Source: Tannerellaceae bacterium
GTDB taxonomy: Bacteria > Bacteroidota > Bacteroidia > Bacteroidales > Tannerellaceae
NCBI GenBank assembly: GCA_031271045.1
Contig: JAISWO010000013.1
Span: 27-64,026 of the forward strand
Reading direction: 5' to 3'
Length of the DNA stretch: 64,000 nt
Below the pieces are notes generated by a model. That model did not search any database. It was not told where the DNA came from and saw only the letters and a list, made by a program, of their open reading frames with translations. Within the stretch, counting starts at the first letter, position 1; each line of letters starts with the position of its first letter. Below, piece after piece: positions 8,879-22,161 of this stretch. A program made the position numbers and the translations under genes.

Positions 8879-10058
8879 CTTCGCCCTGAGCGGCAATGCC
8901 GCCCACCAAACCGCCGCCCTCCAGGCCCTGCGCATGGAACCCCTCTGGAGCGGCCCCGTCCGGCGCCTGACCGACCCCTCCGGCTACGGAGGTTACTATG
9001 TGAACGTCCGCGACAAGGCCTCCGGGCGGCTCGTCTATTCCCGCGGCTTCAACACCCTCTTCGAGGAATGGCGCACCACCGAACAGGCCCTCCGCGAAAC
9101 GCAATCGTGGACCAACAGCATCCCCATCCCCTTCCCCCGCCAAACGGTGACCGTCGAGATTGCCGGACGGAGCCGCGACGACGGCGCCTTTTATCCTCTG
9201 TTGACCTTCGACGTCGACCCGGCGAGCATCTTCATCGACCGCGGCCGCCTGACGGAGCATCCCGTCACCGTTCTGCAACACACCGGCGATACACCGGACA
9301 AGGTCGACCTCGTCTTCCTGGCCGAAGGCTATACGGCTGCCGAACAAACCAAATTCCTGGCCGACGCGCGGCGCTTTACCAAGGCCCTCTTTGCCACGCC
9401 GCCCTTCGACGCGCGACGCCGCGACTTCAATGTCAGGGCCGTTGGGCTCGTCTCCGAAGAATCCGGGACGGACGTCTCCGGCGAGGGCCTCTTCCGACAT
9501 ACGGCGCTGAACTCCGGCTATTATACCTTCGGTCTTGATCGCTACCTGACGACGCCCGACATCCGGGCTGTCCGCGATGCGGTGTGGAACGTCCCCTGCG
9601 ACGCCATTTTTATCCTCGTCAACGCCGACACCTACGGCGGAGGCGGGATGTATAACTTCTATGCCATCGGAACGGCCGACAACGAGCGGACGGCCAAGGT
9701 CTTTGTCCACGAGTTCGGGCATAGCTTCGCCGGGCTTGCCGACGAATACTACTCGTCGGAAGTCGCATACGATGAAGCTTTTTACAATCTAAAGGTGGAA
9801 CCTTGGGAGCCGAACATCACGACGCTCGTCGACTTCGGCAGCAAATGGCAGGATCTCCTGCCGGCCGCCACGCCTGTGCCGACGCCGGCGGACGGGCAAT
9901 ACGCCGGGGGCCTGGGTGTCTTCGAAGGGGGAGGCTATCTGGCCAAAGGCATCTACCGTCCCTATGTGCATTGCGCCATGCGCGACTATGCGCCATTCTG
10001 TCCCGTCTGTACGCGGGCGATTGTGCGGATGATTGATTTCCTGACGGATAAAGAGTAG
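8766..10058 (+). CDS. M64 family metallopeptidase (IgA peptidase-like)
   Basis: Signal peptide; zinc motif HEFGHSFAGLADEY; DLVFLAEGYT; C-terminal FEGGGY...CAMR...FCPVC. Confidence 0.9.
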   Translation: MNPKTLLLSLALLSLVATGMRAQSAFDTFFERKSLRIDFALSGNAAHQTAALQALRMEPLWSGPVRRLTDPSGYGGYYVNVRDKASGRLVYSRGFNTLFEEWRTTEQALRETQSWTNSIPIPFPRQTVTVEIAGRSRDDGAFYPLLTFDVDPASIFIDRGRLTEHPVTVLQHTGDTPDKVDLVFLAEGYTAAEQTKFLADARRFTKALFATPPFDARRRDFNVRAVGLVSEESGTDVSGEGLFRHTALNSGYYTFGLDRYLTTPDIRAVRDAVWNVPCDAIFILVNADTYGGGGMYNFYAIGTADNERTAKVFVHEFGHSFAGLADEYYSSEVAYDEAFYNLKVEPWEPNITTLVDFGSKWQDLLPAATPVPTPADGQYAGGLGVFEGGGYLAKGIYRPYVHCAMRDYAPFCPVCTRAIVRMIDFLTDKE

Positions 10059-10075
10059 CCCCGGACGGGCTGACG

Positions 10076-11944
10076 TCAGCGGCTACCCATGTCGTCGTAG
10101 AGCGTTTGCAAAAGGGCTTTGCCCCGGTCGATGCGCAGGGCGCTCCCGTCGGCGGGGAGTTGCGAGATGGGGCGGTTACTGTCGTTGTCGTAGGTCGATA
10201 CGCCGACGGAGTCGATCAGCCCGAAGCCGTTGCTGAACGTATAGAAGGCATACGGTGGGTAACGGTTGTCGAAAACATCTTTGCTGAAGCGGAAGTCGTC
10301 GTGCCGGAGGCCCAATTGACCCAGCAAGGTGGCCGCCAGGTCGGTTTGGCTGGCCAAGGCGTCGATACGGGCCGGGCCTTTCACCGCACCACCGACCCAG
10401 AGGATGGGAATATGATAGCGCGCCGGCTCGTCCACCTTCAGCCGTTCGGGGTAGGGGAATCCGTGGTCGGCAACGAAGATGAGGAGCAGATCGTCCCAGA
10501 GCCGCGTTTGGCGTAGCTTGCCCACAAAGTCGCCGATGCAACTGTCGGTAAAGGCGATGGAGTTCAGATACGGATGCCCCAGGCGGTGGAAAGGGACATC
10601 GAAAGGCTCGTGGCTGCTCAGCGTCAGGAAGGTAGAGAAGAAGCGCCCCCTGGTGTCCTCCCTTTCGGCGAGCGAATGGTAGAGATAGTCGAACATGATT
10701 TCGTCGTCAATGCCCAGTTTGCTCCTCCGGACGCCCGTCGGGAGGTCTTTGTCGGACGTGATGCGGTTGTATCCCGAACCATAGAAGTAGCTCTGCATAT
10801 TGGTGTAACGGATGTCGCTTCCGTAGAGCATCTCTGCCGTATATCCTTTGGTTGCGAGGCTTTTGGCCAGCGAAGGGAGCGTCGCGCTCTTGGCCGGGTA
10901 CTTCATAATGGACGTAGTCGGCTGTGCGGGGTAGCCATTGAGGACGGAAACCAGTCCGCGGTCGGTGCGGAAGGAGTTGGCGTAGACGTTCGTAAAGAGT
11001 ACGCCTTCCCGGCTTAGGCTGTCGAGGTGCGGCGTGACGCCCTGCGGGCCGCTCAAGGCGCCGATGGCATTGGCAGAGAAACTTTCGAGGATGATGAGCA
11101 GGATGTTGGGCCGCTCTGTGTTAAGCAGTTCCACCTTGTTGGGCGTCAGGTGGGCGCTGTCGGGCGCTTGGCAGTCGATCGCCGGCTTGGCGGGCATCAG
11201 GGAGCAGAAGAGGCGCTCGCGCTCGTCTTCGGGGAAGAACTGGAATTGCGAAGCGAAATCATGTTGCTTAAACAACGAACTCACGAGGCTGAATACCGGA
11301 TTGATGGCCGAATGATTGAGGAACTGTTTCGGGCTGAAATAGACCGTGCCTACATGAATGTGCGCCCCTGTGGCGCCTCCCTGTGCGGATACCAGCAGCA
11401 GCCCTCCCGCCAGGACAATGGCCGCCAGTCCAAGCGACTTCTTCCCCGCCGGTTGCTCCGGAAAGAGGGGGACGATCCAACGGTTGAACGTCCAGGTCGA
11501 TGCCAGGGCATAAACGACTACCAGAATGGCTTGCCGTACGAACAGTCCGGCGGGCACGCTGGTGGCCGCTCCCGAAGGAAACTGCATATAGAAGATTACG
11601 GTAGCATCCAGACGGAAGCCCCAGAACGTATAAAGCGCCATATCGCCGGCAAAGACCATCGCTATCAGCAGGGAAGCCACCGCAAAGTAAACTTTCAACC
11701 AAACCTTCAGTTTCGCCCCCGGCATCCATATCGAGGCCGCCGTAAACAACAACGGGAGGATGCTGAGGTAGCCGGCGATGGCGCTATCTAATCGCAGGCC
11801 GTACCAGATCACCCGCAGCCATTCGGCCAGGTCGCTTCCTTGGGCCAGGTCATAATGATAGAGCATGAATACCGGCTTTTGGATGGCCAGTACCGGCAGC
11901 CAGCCGGCGAAGACAAGCAATAGGAATTGTAACCGTTGTTTCAT
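10076..11944 (-). CDS. LTA synthase family / alkaline-phosphatase-superfamily membrane protein
   Basis: N-terminal transmembrane helices; PNILLIILESF, RTDRG, TLSSHEPF and ADHG motifs. Confidence 0.88.
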   Translation of the reverse strand: MKQRLQFLLLVFAGWLPVLAIQKPVFMLYHYDLAQGSDLAEWLRVIWYGLRLDSAIAGYLSILPLLFTAASIWMPGAKLKVWLKVYFAVASLLIAMVFAGDMALYTFWGFRLDATVIFYMQFPSGAATSVPAGLFVRQAILVVVYALASTWTFNRWIVPLFPEQPAGKKSLGLAAIVLAGGLLLVSAQGGATGAHIHVGTVYFSPKQFLNHSAINPVFSLVSSLFKQHDFASQFQFFPEDERERLFCSLMPAKPAIDCQAPDSAHLTPNKVELLNTERPNILLIILESFSANAIGALSGPQGVTPHLDSLSREGVLFTNVYANSFRTDRGLVSVLNGYPAQPTTSIMKYPAKSATLPSLAKSLATKGYTAEMLYGSDIRYTNMQSYFYGSGYNRITSDKDLPTGVRRSKLGIDDEIMFDYLYHSLAEREDTRGRFFSTFLTLSSHEPFDVPFHRLGHPYLNSIAFTDSCIGDFVGKLRQTRLWDDLLLIFVADHGFPYPERLKVDEPARYHIPILWVGGAVKGPARIDALASQTDLAATLLGQLGLRHDDFRFSKDVFDNRYPPYAFYTFSNGFGLIDSVGVSTYDNDSNRPISQLPADGSALRIDRGKALLQTLYDDMGSR

Positions 11945-11948
11945 TCGC

Positions 11949-13713
<1,765 letters not shown>

Positions 13714-13734
13714 CCCGTCTTTTAGAGAAAAGAC

Positions 13735-13818
13735 GCTCGAATGGTGGAATGGTAGACACGAAGGACTTAAAATCCTTTGGCCATTGCGGCTGTGCGGGTT
13801 CAAGTCCCGCTTCGAGTA
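13735..13818 (+). tRNA. tRNA-Leu(TAA)
   Basis: Acceptor GCTCGAA/TTCGAGT, anticodon arm AAGGA-CTTAAAA-TCCTT, long variable arm, GGTTCAAGTCC T-arm. Confidence 0.96.
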
Positions 13819-13819
13819 C

Positions 13820-13852
13820 AAAAGAGTGCTGATCATCAGCGCTCTTTTTTTG
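13820..13852. terminator. Probable bidirectional terminator between tRNA-Leu and sufD
   Basis: AAAAGAGTGCTGAT-C-ATCAGCGCTCTTTTTTT. Confidence 0.75.
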
Positions 13853-13902
13853 TTTTGCAGGACCACTTACGGAACTGTTCTCTTCTCGTGGACTGTTATA
13901 AC

Positions 13903-15249
13903 TCAGGACAAGATATTGCGACATTCGCGGCATTGGGATAGTTCGCCGCGGAAGCGTTTTTCAATCAGGCTGTGCAGCCGGTCTTTCAATCCGTCGAGGC
14001 GGACGTTGTCCAGTACGTCGGCAGCGAAGGCGATGCTCAGCATGGTCAGCGCTTCTTCTTTGGGGATGCCCCGGCTTTGGAGGTAGAACAGAGCGTTTTC
14101 GTCTAATTGCCCGGTAGTCATACCGTGCGAACATTTTACATCGTCGGCATAGATTTCGAGTTGAGGCTTGCTGTACATACGGGCTTCGCGGGTGGCGCAA
14201 AGGTTCCGGTTGGTTTGAAAGGCTGATGTTTTCTGCGCTCCTTCTTTCACTAAGATGCGTCCGCTGAAGACTCCGGTGGAACGGTCGTTGAGTACGTTCT
14301 TGAAGAGCTCCCGGCTGGTGCAGTTCGGGACGGCGTGTGTGATATGGGTACAGGTGTCTACGTGTTGTTCCTTATCGAGGATGGACATGCCGCAGAGGGT
14401 TGATTCTGCGAAGGGTCCGTTCAGTTCGATGTAATAGTTGTTGCGCGTCAGGCCGTTGTTGAGGGTTATGCCGTTTACCAGTACGTTGCTGGTGGCTTCC
14501 TGTTTGGCGTGCAGGGAGGCGAAACGGGCGGTTGCCTCTGTGCTTTCTTCCAGATCGTAATAATCGAAACAGGCGCCTTCGCCGGCAAAGATTTCTATTA
14601 CTTCGGTAGAGAGGAAGCGGACGTTGTCGATACTGTGGTCGCAGACTAATAGTTTGGCTTGCGAACGGGGTTCCATGATCACCAACACCCGGCGGTTGGC
14701 CATCGTATCGACGTCGCTACGGAAGATATGTACTAACTGTATGGGGCGCTCGACGATCACATTTTCAGGGACGTAAAGCACAAAGCCGTCTTGTGCGAGC
14801 ATTGTGTTCAAGGCGATGATCCCGTCTTTTCCGGCGGAGGCAGCCCGGCTGTAGTAACGTCCGGCAATTTCCGGGTAAGATTCGGCAAAGTGATTCAAGC
14901 CGCCGGCATATACGCCTTCGGGCAGGGAGGCTTTGGGTTGTTTCCTGTCGTAGAAGGAGTCGTTTACGATGAAGTAGAGGAGGGCGCTCAGGTGAGGCAC
15001 ATCGCAACGGAAGACGTCATAGGGGTTAACCGGCACTTGAAACCGTTTGAGGTTGATTCCATAATTTGGTGCAAAGGCTCGTGGGACGTCTGTGTATTTG
15101 TAATCTTCATTTCTTACGGAAGGGAAGCCCAGGCGTTTGAAGTCGTCGAATGCCTGCGTACGGGGTGCGTTCAAGACATCCGAAGCGGATAGCCTGATGG
15201 TGTTTTCGTACGTGGTAAAGAGCTCGATATATTGTTGTTCTGCATTCAT
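13903..15249 (-). CDS. sufD: Fe-S cluster assembly protein SufD
   Basis: KPQLEIYADDVKCSHG motif; follows sufC; likely start MNAEQQY at 15249. Confidence 0.95.
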   Translation of the reverse strand: MNAEQQYIELFTTYENTIRLSASDVLNAPRTQAFDDFKRLGFPSVRNEDYKYTDVPRAFAPNYGINLKRFQVPVNPYDVFRCDVPHLSALLYFIVNDSFYDRKQPKASLPEGVYAGGLNHFAESYPEIAGRYYSRAASAGKDGIIALNTMLAQDGFVLYVPENVIVERPIQLVHIFRSDVDTMANRRVLVIMEPRSQAKLLVCDHSIDNVRFLSTEVIEIFAGEGACFDYYDLEESTEATARFASLHAKQEATSNVLVNGITLNNGLTRNNYYIELNGPFAESTLCGMSILDKEQHVDTCTHITHAVPNCTSRELFKNVLNDRSTGVFSGRILVKEGAQKTSAFQTNRNLCATREARMYSKPQLEIYADDVKCSHGMTTGQLDENALFYLQSRGIPKEEALTMLSIAFAADVLDNVRLDGLKDRLHSLIEKRFRGELSQCRECRNILS

Positions 15250-15256
15250 GATCGGT

Positions 15257-16003
15257 TTAGTCTTCGGTTTTGAGCCAGTCGTAGCCTTTTTCCTCCAATT
15301 CCAGCGCCAGTTCAGGCCCGGCGGTTTTGATGATGCGACCTTTGTACAATACATGCACGACATCAGGTTTAATATATTCCAACAAGCGTTGGTAATGGGT
15401 GATTACGATGGTGGCGTTCTCGTTTGTTTTCAGTTTATTCACTCCTCCGGCTACGATCCGGAGTGCGTCGATGTCCAATCCGCTGTCTGTCTCGTCCAGG
15501 ATAGCCAGCTTGGGTTCCAGCATAGCCATCTGGAAGATTTCGTTCCGTTTCTTTTCTCCACCGGAGAACCCTTCGTTTACGCTGCGGCCGGCCAGTTTGT
15601 TGTCGAGTTCGACGATAGAGCGTTTTTCGCGCATGAGTTTCAGGAAATCGGTTGCTGGTACCGGTTCGAGTCCTTTGTATTTCCGGTGTTCGTTTACGGC
15701 GGCGCGCATAAAGTTTACCATACTGACGCCGGGTATCTCTACCGGATATTGGAAGCTGAGGAAAATTCCTTCCCTGCTCCGGTCTTCGGGCGAGAGTTCC
15801 AGGAGGTTTTTCCCTTCATACACGACGTGTCCTTCTGTTACGACAAAGGCCGGGTTGCCCACCAGTACGCTGCTTAGCGTACTTTTCCCGGATCCGTTTG
15901 GCCCCATAATAGCGTGTATTTCTCCTTTCCTGACGGAGAGATTGATTCCGTTTAATATCTTTTTGCCATTGACTTGGGCATGTAGATTCTTTATTTCTAA
16001 CAT
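15257..16003 (-). CDS. sufC: Fe-S cluster assembly ATPase SufC
   Basis: GPNGSGKST, FQYPVEIPGV, GFSGGEKKRNE, LDETDSGLDID. Confidence 0.97.
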   Translation of the reverse strand: MLEIKNLHAQVNGKKILNGINLSVRKGEIHAIMGPNGSGKSTLSSVLVGNPAFVVTEGHVVYEGKNLLELSPEDRSREGIFLSFQYPVEIPGVSMVNFMRAAVNEHRKYKGLEPVPATDFLKLMREKRSIVELDNKLAGRSVNEGFSGGEKKRNEIFQMAMLEPKLAILDETDSGLDIDALRIVAGGVNKLKTNENATIVITHYQRLLEYIKPDVVHVLYKGRIIKTAGPELALELEEKGYDWLKTED

Positions 16004-16018
16004 TTTTTCTTCCTTTGT

Positions 16019-17464
16019 TTATCCTACGCTTCCTTCCAGTGATATGGTGAGAAGTTTTTGCGCTTCCACGGCAAATTCCATAGGTAGTTTGTTCATTACT
16101 TCTTTTGCATATCCGTTTACAATCAGTCCAACGGCTTCTTCTGTGGAGATGCCGCGCTGGTTGCAATAGAATAGTTGTTCTTCGCTTATCTTGCTGGTCG
16201 TTGCTTCGTGTTCGATAATGGCCGTTTCGTTCCGGACGTCGGCATAAGGAAAGGTGTGGGCTCCGCAGGTGGCGCTGAGCAGGAGGCTGTCGCATTGGCT
16301 GTGGTTGCGTGCGCCTGTGGCTTTTGGCGAGATTTTCACCAATCCCCGGTAGCTGTTTTGACTGAATCCGGCGGATATGCCTTTGGATACGATCAGACTT
16401 TTAGTGTTTCGTCCCAGATGTGTCATTTTCGTTCCTGTATCGGCTTGCTGGTAATTGTTTGTCACGGCAACGGAGTAAAACTCTCCTGCCGAGTTGTCGC
16501 CGGCCAGGATGCAACTGGGGTATTTCCAGGTGATGGCGGAGCCGGTTTCTACTTGTGTCCACGATATTTTACTGTTTTTGCCTTTGCATAAGCCCCGCTT
16601 TGTTACGAAGTTGTAGATTCCTCCTTTTCCTTCCTTGTCGCCCGGATACCAGTTTTGCACGGTGGAGTATTTCACTTCGGCCTGTTCTTTGGCTACGATT
16701 TCAACGATGGCGGCGTGCAATTGATTCTCATCCCTCATCGGGGCGGTGCAGCCTTCCAGGTAACTGACGTAGGATTCGTCGTCGGCCACAATCAAGGTCC
16801 GTTCAAACTGGCCTGTATTGGCTGCATTGATACGGAAGTACGTGCTTAATTCCATCGGACAGTGGACGCCTTTGGGTATGTATACGAACGAACCGTCGGA
16901 AAAGACCGCCGAGTTTAAGGCTGCGAAGAAATTATCGCGATAGCTTACGACGCTTCCCATGTATTCCTGCACCAGGTCGGGATGATGCTGCACGGCTTCG
17001 CTGAAGGAGGAAAAAATGATGCCTTTTTCTGATAGAACTTCTTTAAAGGTCGTTTTCACAGACACACTGTCCATCACGGCATCTACGGCCATTCCCGTCA
17101 GATGTTTCCGTTCTTCCAGCGGGATGCCTAATTTGTCAAATGTTTTGAGCAGTTCTGGGTCTATTTCGTCTAAACTTTTGGGGGTGTTTTTTGTTTTCGG
17201 CGCTGCGTAATAGCTAATATCCTGATAGTTGATGAGAGGAATTTTCAGATGAGCCCAGTCGGGCATCTCCAATGTCAGCCAATACCGGTAGGCTTTCAGC
17301 CGGAACTCCAGCAGCCAGGCAGGTTCTTTTTTTTTGACGGATATAAGGCGAATGATGTCTTCGTTTAATCCTTTATGTATAACTTCCATGGCGATGTCTG
17401 TAACAAAACCATATTTATAGTCGCCGCTTGTTACTTCATTTATTATTTGGTTGGAGTCTTGCAT
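16019..17464 (-). CDS. sufB: Fe-S cluster assembly protein SufB
   Basis: [31 protein letters not shown]-terminal LEGSVG. Confidence 0.97.
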   Translation of the reverse strand: MQDSNQIINEVTSGDYKYGFVTDIAMEVIHKGLNEDIIRLISVKKKEPAWLLEFRLKAYRYWLTLEMPDWAHLKIPLINYQDISYYAAPKTKNTPKSLDEIDPELLKTFDKLGIPLEERKHLTGMAVDAVMDSVSVKTTFKEVLSEKGIIFSSFSEAVQHHPDLVQEYMGSVVSYRDNFFAALNSAVFSDGSFVYIPKGVHCPMELSTYFRINAANTGQFERTLIVADDESYVSYLEGCTAPMRDENQLHAAIVEIVAKEQAEVKYSTVQNWYPGDKEGKGGIYNFVTKRGLCKGKNSKISWTQVETGSAITWKYPSCILAGDNSAGEFYSVAVTNNYQQADTGTKMTHLGRNTKSLIVSKGISAGFSQNSYRGLVKISPKATGARNHSQCDSLLLSATCGAHTFPYADVRNETAIIEHEATTSKISEEQLFYCNQRGISTEEAVGLIVNGYAKEVMNKLPMEFAVEAQKLLTISLEGSVG

Positions 17465-17473
17465 ATTTTTTAC

Positions 17474-17956
17474 TTAGAAAGGGAATAAATCATGGGGATA
17501 TATGGTAGGAATGATTTGCCTGATGGGGTGATACAAATGCGACCTTGCTTTTGATTCTGCTGAGATCAGTATGGAGCTGCTATCAATTATTTCCATGAGG
17601 TTGAATAGCAGACTCAGGAATAACAACATAATAAGCAAACCGAAAAGCCCGCCGCCCAGATGATTCAATATACTTAGTGGAGTTGCGTCGATAATCCGGT
17701 GCATGATTTCTCCTGCCAACAGAAACAGTCCGACAATCAACAGAAAGCCGATGATATAACTCAGGATAGTAACTCCTTGTTCCGGGAAGCCCCAACTGAT
17801 GATATAGCCTCTCAGCCAGACGGCGATTTTTGCACAAAAGAAAATGCCTGCTGCCAGGGCTATAAGCGAAACAACCTGCTTGATGACTCCATCAAGCAGG
17901 CCCTTCACAAAACCTATCCCCGCCAGACATAGCAACATAATGTCCAACCAGTTCAT
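17474..17956 (-). CDS. cvpA: CvpA family membrane protein
   Basis: MNWLDI...GFVKG, four transmembrane segments, LNHLGGGLFG; located between infB and sufB. Confidence 0.85.
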   Translation of the reverse strand: MNWLDIMLLCLAGIGFVKGLLDGVIKQVVSLIALAAGIFFCAKIAVWLRGYIISWGFPEQGVTILSYIIGFLLIVGLFLLAGEIMHRIIDATPLSILNHLGGGLFGLLIMLLFLSLLFNLMEIIDSSSILISAESKARSHLYHPIRQIIPTIYPHDLFPF

Positions 17957-17960
17957 ATTC

Positions 17961-20849
17961 TTATAGGGTTTTCTTTATTTCAAATTCTTCGTAGGCTTCT
18001 ATTATATCGCCTATATGGATGTCGTTGTATCCGGAGATATTCAATCCACATTCATATCCGAAAGCTACTTCTTTGACATCTTCCTTGAAGCGCTTCAACG
18101 AGCCTAACTCTCCGGAATGGATTACGATGCCATCGCGTATGAGGCGTACTTTGTTGCCTCGTTTGATCTTTCCTTCTTTCACCATGCAACCGGCTACGGT
18201 TCCTACTTTGGTGATCTTGAAAACCTCGCGTACTTCTACCAGCGAGGTTACTTCTTCTTTCACTTCCGGGGCAAGCATTCCTTCCATGGCACTCTTCACT
18301 TCTTCAATGGCATTGTAGATGATGGAATACATGCGGATTTCTACGCCTTCTTTTTCGGCCTGGCGGGATGCTGATTGCGAGGGGCGTACTTGGAAGCCGA
18401 TAATGATGGCGTTGGATGCGGCGGCCAGTACTATATCCGACTCAGAGATCTGTCCGACGGCTTTGTGGATGACGTTGACTTGTATTTCTTTGGTCGAAAG
18501 TCTGATCAGGGAGTCGGACAGGGCTTCTACCGATCCGTTTACGTCTCCTTTGACGATTACATTCAATTCCTGGAAGTTGCCTACAGCGATACGGCGGCCG
18601 ATGTCGTCTAATGTGACACGTTTCTGGGTGCGCAGGCCTAATTCGCGTTGCAATTGTTCACGGCGGCCGGCTATTTCGCGGGCTTCCTGGTCGGATTCTA
18701 ATACATTAAATGTGTCGCCTGCCTGGGGCGCTCCGTTCAGTCCCAGTACCAATACCGGTTCGGAGGGGCCAGCTGTCTCTTTCTTTTGATTCCGTTCGTT
18801 GAACATCGCTTTCACGCGTCCGTAATGCGTGCCGGCCAGTATGACATCCCCTGTTTTCAATGTCCCATTCTCTACCAATACGGTGGAAACGTATCCACGT
18901 CCTTTGTCTAAGGACGATTCGATGATAGATCCGGTGGCACGCAGCGTCGGATTGGCTTTCAGATCCAGCAACTCGGCTTCGAGCAGTACTTTTTCGAGCA
19001 ACTCTTCTACGCCGGTGCCTTTTTTAGCGGAGATTTCCTGGCTTTGGTGTTTTCCTCCCCAGTCTTCCACCAAGTAGTTCATATTGGCCAATTCTTCTTT
19101 TATCTTTTCGGGGTTGGCGTGGGGTTTATCGATCTTGTTGATGGCAAAGACGATGGGTACGTTGGCGGCGGATGCGTGGTTGATGGCTTCGATCGTTTGG
19201 GGCATTACGTTGTCGTCGGCTGCTACGATGATGATGGCGATATCTGTCATTTTCGCACCACGGGCGCGCATGGCGGTAAAGGCTTCGTGGCCGGGTGTGT
19301 CGAGGAAGGTGATGCGGCGTCCGCTACGGGGCAGCTTGACGTTGTAAGCGCCTATATGCTGGGTGATACCGCCTGCTTCTCCGGCAATTACGTTGGCATT
19401 GCGGATGTTGTCAAGCAGTGAGGTTTTGCCGTGGTCCACATGTCCCATGACGGTGACGACCGGCGGACGGGAGATCCAATCATCTTCATTGTCTTCTTCG
19501 TTCGTTTTGATGGCTTCTATCACTTCGGCACTGACGTATTCTGTTTTGAATCCAAATTCTTCGGCTACGATGTTGATGGTTTCTGCGTCTAAACGTTGGT
19601 TGATGGAGACCATGATGCCGATACTCATACAGGTAGCGATAACTTGTGTCACGGGAATGTTCATCATGTTAGCCAAGTCGTTGGCGGTGACAAATTCCGT
19701 TAGTTTCAATATTTTACTTTCCTGTTCTTCGAGTTGGATCAGTTCCTGTTCGCGTTGCAGGGCAGCGTCGCGTTTATCGCGGCGGTATTTAGCGCCTTTG
19801 TTGGTCTTATTTCCTTTGTTGGTCAGCCGGGCAAGTGTTTCTTTGATCTGCTTTTGTACATCTTCTTCGCTCACTTCCGCCTTCACGGGTTTGCGCAGCC
19901 GGCTTTTGCGGTCGTCGCGGTGAATTGTTGTTGGGCGGGGGTTTACTCCCACTGTAGTGTTGATGTCTACCCTGTCTTTTTTGATGCGTTTGCGTTTTTT
20001 CTTTGGGTCTTTTTCTCCTTCGCCTGTTTTAGCGGGAGCGCTCGGTTTGGTTGGAGCATTACCGGTTTTTGCATTAGCATCTTTGGGGCTTTTGGAAGGG
20101 TAGGGGGCGTGTTGTCCTTGTTGTTTGTTAGGATCCGGTTTCTCACGTTTTCCTTCGCGTTCTTTCCTTCTGTCTTCCTTTGTTTTCTTTTTTGGCCGGG
20201 TGGATTGGTTGATTGACGAGAGGTCTATTTTCCCGGTGACTTTGATGTTCGATTCCAGTTTGGGTGTATTGAATCTGAAAGGAGTTTTGCTATCTGGTTC
20301 TTTGTCAGGTTTATTTGTTTCTTCTGTTGTTGCTTCATCTCTTTTCTGTTCCGTCACACTTTTGTTTATGATTTGAAGCGATTCTTGTTCTTTGTTCATT
20401 ATAATTTCCTTTTCTGCTACGGGTACGACCTCTTTTGTCACCTGCGTCACCTTGGCTGATTGTCCGACGGTAGGTTGGTCCGCGGGCTTGTTTTCGGCCG
20501 GGATTTTTTCCGTCTGTTTGGTTTTATCTAATTCTATTTTGCCTTTCGTTATAATTTTCGGTTTAAATTCTTCGGGGATTTCAGTTTTAATTTCCTCTAT
20601 CACTTTGTCTTCTTTCTTTTCGGGCACGACAATTTCTGTTGCTGTCGGTTTGGCCAGCATCCGTTCTCGTTCTTGGGGCGAAAGGTTTTTCCCAAACTCT
20701 TTCACGAGCAAAGTGTATTGTTCGTCATTGATTCGTGTATTGGGATTACTGTCAATCGTGTGACCGTTTTTCAGAAGAAAGTCCACCACCGTAGTAATTC
20801 CTACATTCAAATCTCTTGTTACATGTATTAATTTTATGGGCATAATCAA
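17961..20849 (-). CDS. infB: Translation initiation factor IF-2
   Basis: [20 protein letters not shown] GTPase motifs; start may be 20843 (MPIKL). Confidence 0.98.
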   Translation of the reverse strand: MIMPIKLIHVTRDLNVGITTVVDFLLKNGHTIDSNPNTRINDEQYTLLVKEFGKNLSPQERERMLAKPTATEIVVPEKKEDKVIEEIKTEIPEEFKPKIITKGKIELDKTKQTEKIPAENKPADQPTVGQSAKVTQVTKEVVPVAEKEIIMNKEQESLQIINKSVTEQKRDEATTEETNKPDKEPDSKTPFRFNTPKLESNIKVTGKIDLSSINQSTRPKKKTKEDRRKEREGKREKPDPNKQQGQHAPYPSKSPKDANAKTGNAPTKPSAPAKTGEGEKDPKKKRKRIKKDRVDINTTVGVNPRPTTIHRDDRKSRLRKPVKAEVSEEDVQKQIKETLARLTNKGNKTNKGAKYRRDKRDAALQREQELIQLEEQESKILKLTEFVTANDLANMMNIPVTQVIATCMSIGIMVSINQRLDAETINIVAEEFGFKTEYVSAEVIEAIKTNEEDNEDDWISRPPVVTVMGHVDHGKTSLLDNIRNANVIAGEAGGITQHIGAYNVKLPRSGRRITFLDTPGHEAFTAMRARGAKMTDIAIIIVAADDNVMPQTIEAINHASAANVPIVFAINKIDKPHANPEKIKEELANMNYLVEDWGGKHQSQEISAKKGTGVEELLEKVLLEAELLDLKANPTLRATGSIIESSLDKGRGYVSTVLVENGTLKTGDVILAGTHYGRVKAMFNERNQKKETAGPSEPVLVLGLNGAPQAGDTFNVLESDQEAREIAGRREQLQRELGLRTQKRVTLDDIGRRIAVGNFQELNVIVKGDVNGSVEALSDSLIRLSTKEIQVNVIHKAVGQISESDIVLAAASNAIIIGFQVRPSQSASRQAEKEGVEIRMYSIIYNAIEEVKSAMEGMLAPEVKEEVTSLVEVREVFKITKVGTVAGCMVKEGKIKRGNKVRLIRDGIVIHSGELGSLKRFKEDVKEVAFGYECGLNISGYNDIHIGDIIEAYEEFEIKKTL

Positions 20850-20864
20850 TTTTATCGTAATACA

Positions 20865-22145
20865 TTAGTCATTCATCTCCTCTGCTGTTTCTTCATCGTT
20901 AAATTCGGCGGACAGGATTCTTAGTACTTCGTCTACGGTTTGTTCTTCCAGGTCGGCGCGTTCGATAATTTCTTCGCGGCTCAATGCCAGTACGTTTTTT
21001 GCTGTATAGCACCCGATATTTTTCAAGGTATCAATTACCCAGGTGTCGATTTCGTCGGCAAACTCGTCTAAATAGATGTCTTCTTCGTCGGCGCCGTCGA
21101 TGTCGCGGAAGACGTCGATGGCGTATTCCGTCAGCATGCAGGCCAGTTTGATATTCATGCCGCCCTTGCCGATTGCGAGCGATACTTGTTCGGGGTGGAG
21201 ATAGACTTCTGCTTTCCGTTCTTCTTCATTTACGCGGATGGATGAGATTTTTGCCGGGCTTAAGGAGCGTTGGATGAACAGGGATATGTTTGTCGTATAG
21301 TTGATGACATCTATGTTTTCGTTTCTGAGTTCGCGTACGATGCCGTGGATGCGCGAGCCTTTCATTCCGACGCAGGCGCCTACGGGGTCGATCCGGTCGT
21401 CATACGATTCGACGGCTACTTTGGCTCTTTCTCCTGGGATGCGGGCAATGGCTTTGATGGTGATCAGGCTGTCGTGTATTTCGGGTACTTCGAGTTCAAA
21501 CAGGCGTTGGAGGAATCTTTTGTCTGTACGCGAGAGTGTGATTTTGGGATTGTTGTTGACGGTTTCTACTTTTTGCACAATGGCGCGTACGGTTTCTCCT
21601 TTCCGGTAGAAGTCGGAGGGGATTTGTTCTTGTTTGGGCAGTAACAGTTCGTTGCCGTCGTCGTCGAGCAGCAGGATTTCTTTTTTCCATACCTGGTATA
21701 CGTCTGCGGCAATAATTTGTCCGATCCGTTCTTTGTATTTGGCGAACAGGTTGTCTTTCTGTAGTTCAAGGATCTTGGATGACAGGGCTTGACGCAGGTT
21801 CAGGATGGCGCGGCGCCCGAAATCGGCAAAGTGTACTTCGTCGGTTACTTCTTCGCCGATTTCGCTGTCGGGATCAATCTTGCGGGCTTCTGTGATGGGG
21901 ATTTGCAGGTTGCTGTCTTCCAATTCGTCGTCGGCTACGGCGACGCGGTTTCTCCAGATCTCGAAGTCTCCTTTTTCCGGATTGATAATCACGTCGTAAT
22001 TCTCGTCGGTGCCGAACATTTTGGCAATGACGTTCCGGAACGATTCTTCCAGCACGCTGATCATCGTATCCTTATCTATGTTTTTTAATTCCTTGAACTC
22101 TGCAAGGGTGTCGATCATACTGATTGTTTCCTCTTTCCTGGCCAT
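20865..22145 (-). CDS. nusA: Transcription termination factor NusA
   Basis: ARIPGERAKVAV, DPVGACVG, SLAIGKGG. Confidence 0.98.
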   Translation of the reverse strand: MARKEETISMIDTLAEFKELKNIDKDTMISVLEESFRNVIAKMFGTDENYDVIINPEKGDFEIWRNRVAVADDELEDSNLQIPITEARKIDPDSEIGEEVTDEVHFADFGRRAILNLRQALSSKILELQKDNLFAKYKERIGQIIAADVYQVWKKEILLLDDDGNELLLPKQEQIPSDFYRKGETVRAIVQKVETVNNNPKITLSRTDKRFLQRLFELEVPEIHDSLITIKAIARIPGERAKVAVESYDDRIDPVGACVGMKGSRIHGIVRELRNENIDVINYTTNISLFIQRSLSPAKISSIRVNEEERKAEVYLHPEQVSLAIGKGGMNIKLACMLTEYAIDVFRDIDGADEEDIYLDEFADEIDTWVIDTLKNIGCYTAKNVLALSREEIIERADLEEQTVDEVLRILSAEFNDEETAEEMND

Positions 22146-22161
22146 ATTCTTTCTTTATATC

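Noticed and set aside
13735-13900. Integrated element at tRNA-Leu
   Set aside because: No integrase, no duplicated tRNA 3' end seen, and it is flanked by housekeeping genes
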